The position numbers were made by a program, and so were the translations under genes. Below, one piece after another: positions 48,406 through 61,743 of a stretch of 64,000 nucleotides of DNA (position 1 is its first letter; each line of letters begins with the position of its first letter). Below the pieces are notes generated by a model that was given only the letters and a program-made list of their open reading frames with translations, was not told the origin of the DNA and did no database searches. The stretch lies in assembly GCF_026571515.1 (NCBI RefSeq), contig NW_026855894.1:124001-188000 (forward strand), written 5' to 3'. This DNA comes from Ruditapes philippinarum. Lineage: Eukaryota.

Positions 48406-51148
48406 CTCATCGGATTCGCGGTAATTGCAATTTTCACGTATCGAGTATGTTTTTATATTATCGTTAAAGTTGTCGGAACAAAAATCGTTTTCAACATTGT
48501 CAAATGCTGTGCTAAAGATATGCGTTATCATATGTTTTATTTAAATGGGATATATTTTATCAAAACGAATGCTAAAAAGAAGGGTAGTGTAAATCAAAAT
48601 ATCATTTTTCGGAAAGGTTTCATTCAACTGTAAAGTATTGATGTAAATGTTCATGCTACATCCAACAACTTCGTTGTTGATCATGCACACGATATATCTG
48701 CTCTTGCATGTACAGATGTTATCAGTTCTTTGCAAAAATGTACAAATAAACATCTTGTCCGCCTGCCACGGAACAGTGCGATGGCTGGACTCTGCTCTGG
48801 TTAATTAAGATTGGCCAAGATTTGGAGGGTAAACTACCACCATCAACATCACCTTTTTGAATATCCGTGAATTTTATTTATTCTAATATGCACAATCTAT
48901 ATTCATTATTATCTATTATTATGTGGTTTTCTATTAGGTAAAGCTGCTACGTGGTAATCAAAAAGAAAATATGTGTGTAATTAATACATTATATGTATGC
49001 ATCGTTCATTTTGTATTTTTTTTAAATTAAGTAAATTGTTAATTCAACGGGATATATGGGGAACCATACAATGTAATTCTATAACTTCCAGTGCCTTAGG
49101 CCATTGAGATTTCTTTTATTTTGTTTTATTTTTCCCATAAAACACCGTTGCAACATAAGACCAAAAATTCAAATTCAAAGAAATTAATACTAGTATATAA
49201 TCTGCTTTCACAAAATTTAGGTTATGTCGTACTTAATTCATTTTATCATTTTTAACCAAGTCATCATACAGCCAACCACACGTTTTAATTCAATGAAAGT
49301 CACGACAAATTTTAGGACCACGGTAGGTAAGGTCATACTAATTTAGCATCACAAGCAACCATCACAAGCAACTTTTCACGAGTAAAACGCAAAGCATTTA
49401 AACTATATTGCAATTGTTGATAATTCAAAAAAATATGTATCTGTTCAGAGGTTGGTTGTTGTGTAGGTGTGTTTTCACTTTTCATTTTTCATGTTAGTAA
49501 GCCACATTAAACTTACCAGAGCACATTTTAGCCACCGCATCGTTCTTTGCAGGCTGTACAGCAGTTACCAGCAGTTTACCAGTACTGTATCTGTTCATTA
49601 TCAAAGTATTCATTTTTAGTCTTAGGATTCAGAAAAGTGAACACCAATAACCTAATTTTTTACTTTTTTATGTTTTATGTACTTAGTCTATATATTCAAT
49701 TTCACGCTTCTGTACACGTTATAGGTCAATAGATTATTGTACTTATGCTTTTGAGAGTCGAGGACATATATCATGACTTTTCACAGCTCCTTTGTTTGTT
49801 TTGCTTTTTAAACAGAACGAGACTGTGAAAGTTTATGTGGAACTTTCCAACTTCACAGATGGAAGATAACAAACGAGCTCCTTCGTGCGATCGACCTGAA
49901 TAGACCCATTAATCTTCCGTAAATATGTATCCGTTTGAAATGATTGATATATTTTGAGCTGAATTATGTTGCCATAAATCCGGTGAATTTCCATTAATTT
50001 TATTCTTCACGTATCTTGAATAATTACACAAGGAGGAAACATTTAAAAACAATCTTTTTTTTTCTTCGATAAGTAGACCCGATACATTTAACACGAATAC
50101 TTTAACCACAGAGCTTCCGTTGCAAATATGAGTTTACAACCATTTAAACGCTCATTCAGGATAAATTCTCGGAAAGTTGGCCGAAATTACCGATGTTACA
50201 TCGGATATTCAAAAAAAAAAAAAAAAATAAATAAATAAATAAAAGAAAAAAAAAAAAAGAATAAATTTAAGAAAGATACATTGTATTTCATTTCTATATC
50301 TAGCGTTCAAAACCTTTTATGTATGCATATTTAACAGGTCAAAAACGTAAAAAAAATTGTATTGCTTTTCTTGAAACTTAAAACATTTTCTTTCCTGAGA
50401 TTTTATAATATGAAAATTGTTTCTGTTCAATGTATGTAAACATTTATTTTACTGTCTTATTTTCAATAATCTTATTTCGAAAAGTTAAACGTGAATTATT
50501 CATATCAATACAGACATTTAGAATTAAACTGGAAAGTTTTTCCCCAACTTGATCCATTACTTATAACAATTGTTCTACTGATCTATATTGCCTATGACTC
50601 GTTGACAACAGTAGTTAAGCTCTAACATAGCCGGATATATTGTTGCTTTTTCATGGTAATTAAGAAAATCCCGGCAATGTTACACGTTTTATTGTTCATG
50701 GTAACCTTTGAATTCTTTGTGAAACTCTGATGAAATCTCCGTACGGCTAGTTTCTAATGTAACTTTTATTACTATTAAAGTACGTGAAATTCCTCATCAT
50801 GGAAATGGTGTTGTTATAGATGATGATGTTTACCGCGATCGTAGCAACAATTATTGCTTACTGTTCTACTAAGTTCGCGTATTTCGATCGTCGCCAACTT
50901 ATTGTCTTGACCGTACTGTTGTTTATCTAAAATTCTTTTACCTTAGATCTGAAAGAACGGTTGTTTTAAGTACTTAATGATTGTAGATTATGTAGATTTG
51001 TGGTTGTAAAGCTCTAAGGTCTGGTTTTGCTGATCGTTTTATACTCTCCCCCAGTTTGTAATTGCGTTACAACATTACCGCACTTGCAGCTCGTCACAGC
51101 CTCACAAATGTCGTTCGAGTACTGGCATATATTTCCGCTTGGTACATC

Positions 51149-51224
51149 ATGAGATTTCGGAGATATTTGGACATTTTATTCGTTTTTATTCTGTTTACCA
51201 AGACGACGTTTGCTCAGGGTAATT
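51149..51224 (+). CDS. Gene C exon 1, signal peptide (MRFRRYLDILFVFILFTKTTFAQGN)
   Basis: Basic n-region, hydrophobic h-region, T-F-A cleavage-like site; gtaagt donor. Confidence 0.8.
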
Positions 51225-54200
51225 GTAAGTATTTCAATTAAAATCATTATTATATTTTCTTATATTATCATAACCAGAACGTTTATGATAAAATGTTGGT
51301 TTCTTATTCAGAACAGATTAAAAATTTTCCCCGATGGACATATATATATCATATTCCTTAGATTATTTTAAATTAGATAACATGCCATCAGAATATGCTT
51401 GTTCAATAATTATCTTATATACCTTATTTTACATCGGAAACACATTTTTCGCTTTTACGAAGCCGTGTCTTCAAACGTGAAAAATTTAACAATTTTATAC
51501 TGCTATAAGAATTTTCTTACATAATAGTATTCAAGCTTTAAAATACTCATGTATGATGTCATGAAATTAATAAAGGTGAATAATGGCACGCATTTGAAGT
51601 AGTTTTGCTTTTTTTCATACAAAACTTTGGACTACACAAATGCTTATCTTAGGACCGTGGTCCTTACCAAAGTTTTATGTGCCTGTTAACAATATTTTGA
51701 TTTTTGTAAAAATCACAATTCTTATGTTTTTATATTTGAGATCAACCATATACGCAGTTATACATTTGTATGTGGTCAAAGTGTATTATTTTCTTTTATT
51801 TTAACAAATAATATGCTTAGTACAGTAATATTTGCTCAAAATGGCTTTAAAATATTCATAACAGCTGTTAGTGAAAATGCACCTAAGCTTCTATCTTTCC
51901 AATTTTTGTTTATTATATATATTTTAAGATAACTTAAACGTTTAAATTTTCTTAATGAAAATGTCATTTAATAAGTGTCTGAAATATAGGAATGTGAACA
52001 GGTAAAGTTACGATTTCGTTGAACAAATATCTCGGTACATTTAACCACATTTACCATGTGTTGATTAACAGATGAGTTGAGAGCATTTTCGTTGAAAAGA
52101 AATTGATTGAAACGCCAACTGAAAAAAGCACCCCCTTTAACAGAATAACAGACAGAACTCTTTTTTGTTTTTAAAATCGTCAATCTTACAGAAGTAACAC
52201 AAAATCTATTTTAAATTAAAATGCGTCTTCGATATTTATGTATGAACGGAGAAATATGATAAAGTAAATGAGTGTTATTTTATATCAATTTTTTAACATT
52301 GTTGCTATAACTGTTAATACTGAAAGCGAACTATGACTTTGACATATTAAAAAGATGCTTTGATATTTTTAAACATCATTTCTGCTGTATTTCTGCATTT
52401 GACCAAAATTGGATTAACTTGAACTGTTGATTAATACCACATGTAAAAGATATATGTGTTATATGTCGTTATTTCCCCATCCAGATAAGAATTACATAAC
52501 TTTTTAATATTATATTTCAGCATTTTATTATGAATTCTTATATGAAAAATCTTTATGGCCTAATTCTGTTCTGAAAACTCGTTTCTGTTGTTTTTTTTTA
52601 CTTGCGACAATGACATGTAATTTGCTATAACGTTTTATTCAGACAAAAATTATGTACTGCTTAATCAAAATGAGGTTGTGATGATGGCTGCCTTTATTGT
52701 TTTTAGATAATTTTCCATGTTTAAATTCATTTCAGCGTAAATCATGCACGAAAATTTGTCATAAATTATGATTCTATTCAATTCTGTTATTTAATTTTAA
52801 AGCAGCATGCCTGTATATATGTATTAGTTGTTACGAAATTTGAAATAAACTCATGTTACCGAATTTGCACTTCTACGTGATATAAGGCTTAATTTCAACA
52901 AAAATTCCCTAAAATACTAAACGTTTGGAGATGTTTCTCTTAATCTGTTAGTGACGGGGTTAATTGGCGGTGTTGATAATTATATCAATTTTTGCACACA
53001 AAAAATTGTATCTCTCACCTGAATGCGTTAACACTTTTTAAACTATAAATGACTTGTATAAAGTTTATTTCTGGAAGATCAATTTTATTCATATGAAGGT
53101 GTGCTGCTTTAAGCGTAAATTGCAATCATAGGCGGGCTACTTTAAGCGTAATTTGTAATTGAAGACGTGCTGCTTTAAGCGTAATTTGTATTTAAAGGCG
53201 TACTGCTTTATTTGTAATTTGGGATCAAACGCCAGCAATTATTAAGTATTAACAATAATTTTTTATCAAATAAATATACCATAGTTGATCAAAGTCATAA
53301 AAGTTCTATTGAAACTTAATTATGTACAAATTATTGGAATTTTACAGTAACAGCGAAATGTATATGTTTTATTATAATTTATCTCTAGTAAAGCGGGTTG
53401 CTTAAACCCCATCTTCATATGTCTAAACTACTAGTATTACTTTTGTAGTTATGAATATTTTGACAGGTTAAATTCCTCTCTATTAACGGATATTTGTATG
53501 GTTATATTGGATACATTATAATAATAGAAACAAACGTTTATTAACGGCCAAAATATCAGTTAGGAATCTTTATTAACGAATTTATTATATAGCAAACTTT
53601 TGTTTTAAAGGAAAACATGAAATTACCTTATTTCACAACAGCCGTGTATATAGCTTATATCAACGCCATGGTTATCCAACGAGAAGCGCCATAACAAACT
53701 TGCAGTATTCAACTGCGTCCGGATATCGACTTTTTAATTTACTTGTACATTGTAAGCCCTTATATGAGTTTGACCACAGCATATTTAAGATGATTTTACA
53801 ATTGTTAACACTGATTTCATTTCAGCTTGTACTGACGACAGCACAGCCGGTCCCGATGATCCACATTCATTTGACAAAGCTTTTGACGCTGACAAAGGTA
53901 TAGATAGACATTACGTCATATAGTGTTTATGAATATTATAATTAACTATGAATGATAATTAACTGTAAATACGTATAAAAGTCCTAATTCATTTATTGAA
54001 TTAACCGTGATCAGTTTTCATTTTAAGAAAACTACTGTGACACCAACATATGACAATATGCACTAACAATCAGAGGACAAATTACAAAACCAACACATAT
54101 TGTCCAATAAATCCAAAACAAAAGAAAAGTTACATTATATTTCATTAATGAAGCAATCACTAACTATTTGGCACCGCCAATATTTATAACTCTCTTCCTG

Positions 54201-57200
54201 ATATCAATAATTAAAGCTGGTAGCATACTTAAAATAAGTCGTTTTGATTAATGTTTACATCGTGTTGTTGAACTTGAATTTTAACAAAGGGTCTACCGTG
54301 GAAATAGGAAGAAATGCATTTCCAAGTTTTATGTCATCCCCAGTTTTGGTATGTATGGTAAAATAAATTTGTATGCTCTTTAATTAATCTGTCTGTGGTG
54401 TCATCCATCCATCCATCCATCCATACATATATCTATATTATTTACTTCTCTTGTTTTAACAGGATATGGTTACGTAGTATATGGTGACTTGTACAGGTTT
54501 GATTGTTGTGGTACGGTGAAAAGATGGGATTTTTCCATTGGTGACAACGGTAAAATAGAGCTACAAATATGGCGACCTGTCGACAAAAAAGGCAAAATAT
54601 TCAAACTAATTGGGTTCAATGAATACACCGTAACAAGTAAGTTCATAAATTGATTTTGGGATTTACTGCATACCAATTCTGCTTGAAATAGTATTGCACG
54701 GTCGTGCATTTTTAACGTGACGTCATTTGCGTTATTCATACAAAGCGTAAAGACGTTATTTAGCGTATTGAAAATAATATTTAGTGTGAGTTTGCATATT
54801 GTAACTATTGTGACTTGGCTTCTTATTACAGTGATTGTTGTTGTGAACGTTGCACTATAAGCGCGGCAATTCTTCTAGTCTCTCTGTAAACAGTATCTTA
54901 ATGTTTGTGCTAAGTTGAATGATGTATTTGTAAGGCTTCTTTTTTATTCAATTTATTGAAATGGTTGAAAAAATAGGCTCTCATCACATAATTTCATCCA
55001 GCTAGTTCAATAAATTTATCTTACTTCTTAATACAGGTTTACTCAAATTTTTATTTTATGTAATGAATTTAAATGGAATATTAATCTTAATTCGTAATAT
55101 ACTCATTAATTTCTTTTATGTAATGAAGTAAAATAAAAAAAAATAACATAAATTTAGAAAATAATAAATAAATAATTAAATAATAAAATAAATAAATAAA
55201 TATAAAAATAAATAAATAAATTTATAAATAAATAAATCTATTTTGTAAAGATGCACCTCGATACACTTTTCATTACTTTGTAAAAATATATTGATATTAA
55301 TATTATTTCATTATATAAAATATGAAGCACATCCACTCTCTCAATGGGATTATTATACATTACACTAGTTATTTTTCCTATCAAAAAATGATTATCTAAA
55401 ATTTTTACTTAAGATGAAAGAGTTTGCTTTTTTTCTCAAGTTGCTTGAAATGAATACTTCATCATCAATTACCGACAGCATGATTATACTTAACCCCGAC
55501 ACTTTAAATATTCACTTAAAATGAAATGAAATTCATTGAATTGTTTAGGCTATTCCTTATTTTCTTTCCCACATTAATGTTATTGCCGTTCTTACTGTAT
55601 CGCCCAGTTGTATCTAAGCGATCAAGTATTGCCCCGGAAAAATGCTCGTGTGTCCACTACATCAAATCATTGAAATGTATAAAGAAAGTAATGATGTTAG
55701 ATGATGTACCATTAAAATGTCAATTCAATATCAAACGTTGCCACCAATAAAGAATGTTGTTCCGCACGGGAAGAATAAGTTTTATTGCCGTCGCATTATA
55801 AAGTATTGACGAAAATGTACTTTAAATTTCAAGACCTGGGGTTTTGTAAATTTGTGTGTTCCAATATAATTATATATAATTGAAATAAAATCCTGTATCC
55901 GTTATTTCAAATATTTTAGATTAATTATCTATGATCAAAATTCAAAATGCATTTCAGATACAGTACTTTCAATCATTTTTGCAAGATTAGCAGTGATTTT
56001 ATAACGTGTAATATATAACAACTACAAAGTGGTAGCAAACCGAAAGTAGAGATAAAAAAACGCAACAATTTTAAGGCAAATATGATGTATCAATACAATT
56101 ATATACAAAATATAACGAGATTCTAATGTCACACGTGCATTAGGCATTAAATAAGTTAAACCTTAAAAATAAATGTAAATACTTTAATGAATTGTTTAAA
56201 TAAATACCCGTTATGAAACTAGACATTTTTCCTTATTATTCCCACAACATGATGTATAATAGATCATATGTTATTATGTTTTTATTTCTGTACAGATAAA
56301 AATAGAAAAAGTGGCTTTGTAACCTTTGATGTCCCAGATAAAGAACGTTTGTCTACTGAAGAAGATGACGTCATTGGTTGGTAAGTAAAATAATAGATAA
56401 CATGATATATGGCTTCAAAAGTAACATTAAAATTCTATATGAAAAATTCAAATGCTTAAATATTGCATTAAACCTTAACATGATTATTAAGATTAAAAAA
56501 ATGAATAAAAATATGTGGATATATGTAAATGACTTAAAAACAAAAAAAAAAAAAAAAAAACCAAAAGAGAAGAAAGAAAACTCGAAAACAAACAAACAAA
56601 CAAACAAACAAACAAACAAACAAACAAACTAGAGTCTATAATGAAAATCGATGTTTCTGAAAGTCTCACAATCGTACATGTTATGGAATACTGTCAAAAT
56701 GGTTTGTTGCATAAACGAACGATACAATTGTATTTATAACCGTAACTCTTTTATAATAAACGTTTATATTTATTTTAGATGATTAGTTAGTTAAGTATAA
56801 AGATCTAGAATACGGTAATTGAATTAAATGTTTTGTTGTGTGTATCATCATAGTTCTTAAATGATATTGAAGTATACGTGGCAGTGTGTGAGTAATAATT
56901 CTTGAAGTGAAATGTTAATATTGGTGTCAACTTTATACTTGTTTTTGTTTTGCTCTCAAGGTACGCTCCCGGGGACTCACTGATTGAGTATACCGACGGG
57001 ACTTCATATGACGGTATATGGAAAGTTGCCCACGATGATAATCTCAAAGTCGGAGACTCTGTAGATTTTAGCGGAGGTCTTGACCAAGGGTCAAGAACGT
57101 ACGGAATTCAGGCGACATTAGCACCAAGTAAATATATTTTTACTATTAGAGAAAATCGCACAGTTTTAAAGTGTATGCATGACCTAACGTTGTGGCTATA

Positions 57201-59821
57201 GTACGTAGGTAAAACCATTTTCATTATCATTTTGTTATTAGCTATTTTGTTTAATATTTTGAAGACAATAATCAATTCAAGCTATAATCTTTGCAAAATG
57301 AGATATCAGTAAAAAAGGATATAATGCATATACATTATGAATGTATATGCATTATATGACTTCATGACTTTCCGTTTGAATGATCGCTAAAAAACGGGGG
57401 ATGATCTGTTTAGGCAGAACCACTAAGCTCTCTAAGAATAGGATCGAGTCATGAGTATGCCAAGTCATACACGTACACAGTTGGTATATTTGTATTAAAT
57501 GCAAATACATGTTATACATTTTCCAGACACAGCTCCAAAATTTGATCCAATGCCGGATAAGAAAATCAGCATGGATATCAACGTGGGGACTACAATTTAT
57601 ACGGTAAAGGTAGATGACGCGGATCCAGCTGATGTGGCAGATTTAAAGATGGAAATGACTACTAAAAATGATTTCTTTATGTTCAATACCCAGACAGGTA
57701 CTATCTCTATTTATGTGCACTTCATGTAAAATTTTAGCCTGCCAATTGGATCTTCCCAGCTTTTGGATGTTAGAATAATTTTATTTCCTTTCAATATTTA
57801 AAGTGTATCTATATTAAAATATTTTGATATTGTAGAAACTCATATAAAACACCGTCTATAGAAAAAGAGCATTTCAATTGCGACTGCGAATTCGATTAGG
57901 AATTTCAATGAAACATTCATCAAAAGCCTGCCTGAAGCTAACATATAGACAATCTTAAATCTGTAAGGAAAGCTCTTGATAGAAATTGTCATAAAAGAAT
58001 TTTTCCGTGGAGATAAAATTTGATTATATTTTACCAGGACTTGTTTAAAATAATCACAAAAGAAAACAACCGTTAACGCAAGAGAACGCCTTTTTATTTT
58101 CAAAATAGTCATAATAAATAAATAATTAAATAAATGCATAAATAAATGAATAAATAAATATAAATGTCCCAACCCCTTCCCGCTTAAAAACCGTACATAC
58201 ATTTTGTTTTCAATTGTTTAATTCTCAAAATGCTCTTATTCGCAATAAACTGCATGTTCAGTTATCTGTTGATAATAAAAACATGTTTCTATAAATGTTT
58301 ATTAAACATCCATTTACGAACCCCAGGAGATGTCATAGTGCAATCGACGATAACTGTTCCAGTAGGCGGACAAACAGTCACACTTGACTTCAAGGTAACT
58401 GATCATTGTGGAGCCGAAGGCACCGGGTCTCTACAGGTCCAGATCGACTACGTTGGCGACCCCAACACAACGCCCACTACCACGAAGGCTAAGACCTCTA
58501 AGACAAGTCCAAAGGTAAAAACTACAATAACTGATAAAACTACCACCGATGTGAAAACTACAAAAGAAACTAAAATCACTGAAACATCTGTTGCCCCTGT
58601 TGCAACAGACAAAAATACAGACAAAAATGATAAAACAACCGCCAAACCTGACCTCTCTACGGACCAGGTAAGTAATAACAGAGGGATGGTTGTGTATCTT
58701 AAATTTACTAATTTGCGACAGACATTTCTACGTAAATATAACAATATGATGAATGTAAGAGAAAATGTCATTAGATTCATTGTAATATAACAAAATAGCA
58801 ACAATTCGATTACAAAGTCAAACGATATGTTGCACTTAAATTAAAACTTAATATAACAATTTTTCATATATCTTATAATAGAAATATCCTGCTATACATT
58901 GTTGTCAATGATAAGGTAAACGGATGAAGCGACTTCGGACTTTGAACGGTCTTTTTTTCTGTCAAAAATCACGTGGTATAAGTTGTCAGTCATGTGCGAA
59001 GAAAATGGTTATTGCTGGTTAGTTATCCAGGAACTTCAGCGGATTATGTGATCTGGCCGCCATATTATAACCGAAAATCTATTAAAATTGGGGTAACACC
59101 CGAATATACAGAACAAACAAACAAAAATAAAAATAACGCGTTCAAATTGTTATAATAAATCAATGATTTTTATTATTTAAGAATTAACAAGCCAAAATAT
59201 TATTTCTTTTATATGTGAAAAAGAATTCATACTTAACATTTACGACATTATCATTTAAGGACCCCTCAAATGGCACGATGAGTGCTATGACTGGTGGATC
59301 ATCTGTAGGTATGTACACTTTATGGTATATTTAGACATTAAATGATATAAAATATGTACATTTGACGTAATACAGTCAGTCAGTCGGTCAGCCAGTCAGT
59401 CAAACATGTATATTAGTTTTTTTATGTAATCGACAAGAGAACGCATACAAATATTTATTTTGTTTATATGTTTTTGAGACTCGCATGAGGTTCATAGTAC
59501 ATGTCTTCAAATCCTATCTACTATATTACAATTCAATGATGCTGTTCATTCAAATTCTCAAATTTAGATGCTGCGTTGATTGGTGGTATTGTTGCTGGAA
59601 TTGTCGGACTGATTATTATTATCGTGGTAACAGTTGTGTGTGTGGTAAACAAGAAAGCAAAAGTGAGACCATCGGGTAAGGACCCAGAGAAAGCTAATAA
59701 CGCTTCTAAAGACAATGCAAAAAATGACGCCAAAGACAAGCCGAGTCCAACGGATAAAAAACCGCCAAGCGACTCAAAGTCAACAATGAATGGAAAACCA
59801 CATGTAAAGGATAAAGGATAA
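51149..59821 (+). CDS. Gene C: 462-aa type I membrane protein; signal peptide + unrecognised N-terminal domain + single cadherin repeat + Thr/Lys-rich mucin-like stalk + TM + Lys/Asp-rich tail
   Basis: Nine exons 51149-51224, 53826-53897, 54463-54636, 56296-56380, 56961-57127, 57527-57697, 58327-58667, 59260-59308, 59568-59821 sum to 1389 nt and splice in frame from ATG to TAA. Confidence 0.88.
53095..53226. repeat. 33-bp minisatellite, 4 units
   Basis: gaaggcgtgctgctttaagcgtaatttgtaatt consensus. Confidence 0.8.
53826..53897 (+). CDS. Gene C exon 2 (CTDDSTAGPDDPHSFDKAFDADK)
   Basis: tttcag / gtatag, phase 1-1, open. Confidence 0.8.
54463..54636 (+). CDS. Gene C exon 3 (YGYVVYGDLYRFDCCGTVKRWDF...LQIWRP...FKLIGFNEYTVT)
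   Basis: aacag / gtaagt, phase 1-1, open; absent from ORF track. Confidence 0.88.
56296..56380 (+). CDS. Gene C exon 4 (KNRKSGFVTFDVPDKERLSTEEDDVIGW)
   Basis: tacag / gtaagt, phase 1-2. Confidence 0.85.
56587..56629. repeat. (AAAC)n microsatellite
   Basis: Direct reading. Confidence 0.9.
56961..57127 (+). CDS. Gene C exon 5 (YAPGDSLIEYTDG...RTYGIQATLAP)
   Basis: caag / gtaaat, phase 2-1. Confidence 0.85.
57527..57697 (+). CDS. Gene C exon 6, first half of cadherin repeat (TAPKF...VGTTIYTVKVDDADPAD...FMFNTQT)
   Basis: ttccag / gtacta; NxAPxF, GTxIYTV, DAD motifs. Confidence 0.88.
58327..58667 (+). CDS. Gene C exon 7, second half of cadherin repeat plus Thr/Lys-rich stalk
   Basis: cccag / gtaagt; FKVTDHCG then PNTTPTTTKAKTSKT... 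Confidence 0.88.
59260..59308 (+). CDS. Gene C exon 8 (DPSNGTMSAMTGGSSV)
   Basis: ttaag / gtatgt, phase 0-1, needed to bridge exon 7 (phase 0) to exon 9 (phase 1). Confidence 0.8.
59568..59821 (+). CDS. Gene C exon 9: TM helix (LIGGIVAGIVGLIIIIVVTVVCVV) and charged cytoplasmic tail
   Basis: tttag acceptor; ORF 59576-59821; stop TAA. Confidence 0.9.
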
Positions 59822-61743
59822 CAATTGTATATTAGATTTTCAATGAAAGAGGGGGAACATTTGTATGTAAACGAAAAAAGTTTTTGATGTAGACAAAGCA
59901 CGGAAATTGTCATCATTTTTATGTTTTTTTTAAACATGTGTTACGTAACGCGGAATTGGAAGAGATATTTGTGTATATTTTGACAATATTTTAATGAATC
60001 TTTGTATATATAGAAACACATCATTAAATCATCATCTATGGCTAACTTGAATACTAACTAGTATTGGATCACTGTAAGTTTAACAAAACCTTCATGTAAA
60101 TCAAATTTAATTTACTATTTTTTTAACACCTGAGGATAGCCAAAATCAAAGTTCCTGTTCCGGCACCATATGACCTAAAATGTTTTGTTGCGCCATATAA
60201 ACCAAACAAACATACAAACAAGCAAGATTTAGATCCGTTTTTGTTTTAAATACATAAGTATTCTTATTCTTTTCAATTATAAAAAAGAATCACGGGTGAC
60301 AATTATGATGCCTATTTGGCTGACAACACTGTCAAACGTGTATCCAACGTTTTTCTACTTAACCGAAAACTACTGCCAGTTTACACAATATGATCTGTTT
60401 GTTTTCTATCCTGATTTTGACAAAAGCAAACTATGCAATTAAAATGTAAGATTATATGCCCTCAGTATATGAATCTATAAACTTTTAAGGGCTTTTCGCT
60501 GGCCAAATAGCAAAAATTCGCCATGCTGTAATTTGATTTTGCGCTTATCAGTAAAATACTGAGTTTTATCAGTGATATATAAAATCTTCAAGACACATTG
60601 TTATAATTTACGAAAATGTTTTTCATCTCTATAAAATAAGACAGAAGTATGTGTTTAACAACGAATACATGTAAGTTATTTTCAATTTTACTGTTCTGGA
60701 CGTTTATTACCAGTCTGCTGCATAAATTACAAAGTTATGATTTTTTTACTGATTTATCTGAATATACATACATTTGTTTTTGCCATATTTTGTTCCAATT
60801 ATTCAATGCCTTCACAGTTTGAAAGTAGATATGTCCAAACGATTGATTGAGTTATTAACAGAATAAACAAAAATATTAGTATAAATAAAACTTATTTGGT
60901 CTTAACGCTTCAAAATCTTTGCTTTTATTTATAATAAAACTATCTTGCATGTGTGTCATTATTAGAAAAAATAAATCATTTTTCTTTTTTACTTCCCGTC
61001 TTTATTAGATCATTATTTGTTTGTTGTATAACGGGGCCAAATTGCTTCGTTGCTTTGTGCCATATTATGCTTTCTTATGGTGTCTTATTGATTTAAAGTG
61101 CCAACATTAGTATTTTCTCACGACAATAATATTATATATTATATTTAATACGTCTGCAAACATGAATTGACTTTTTATAAATGATAATTTCGATACTTAA
61201 ATTTTGATTTTGCGACCCTAAAACTTGAAGTCTACATTAGCATGTCTGTAAAGTAATATTATCATTTGTTTTAAATTAGATGACTCGTATATTGGTGTCA
61301 GTAGAGTACAATATAAAATTATGCTTTCACATATATTTCGATATTTTCGGAACAACGGAAAACTAGTTCATGTAAAGTTTCTTAGATAACATAATTCAAT
61401 CGATGATAATCAGATAATCAAACTACATTGAGTTACCTAATAAATTGGCAAGGCTTGATTTGGGCAATGATTTCATTTTGCTCATTTCTGCCCGGTGCCC
61501 TGTTGGTTACCGTTCTAGAGGTTCTGTATGATTGGGAACTTATGGAGGCTCTTTCTCTTTCCGTGAATGCAACTCTCCCTTTTATGTTATAGTGTCTATG
61601 CCGACAAAACAGAGACAGACAAAACAATTTTTACGGTCTTCAATATCATTTTTGTTGTAATTATCCCTTTTCAAACAACAATTGACACACAATTAAAGTG
61701 AAAACAAAATAAGCCCAGTATACAAAACAGTATGAGGGTTATA

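Noticed and set aside
58448-59937. Minus-strand hydrophobic ORFs 58448-58804 and 59533-59937
   Set aside because: Antisense shadows of the Thr/Lys-rich and Lys/Asp-rich exons of gene C
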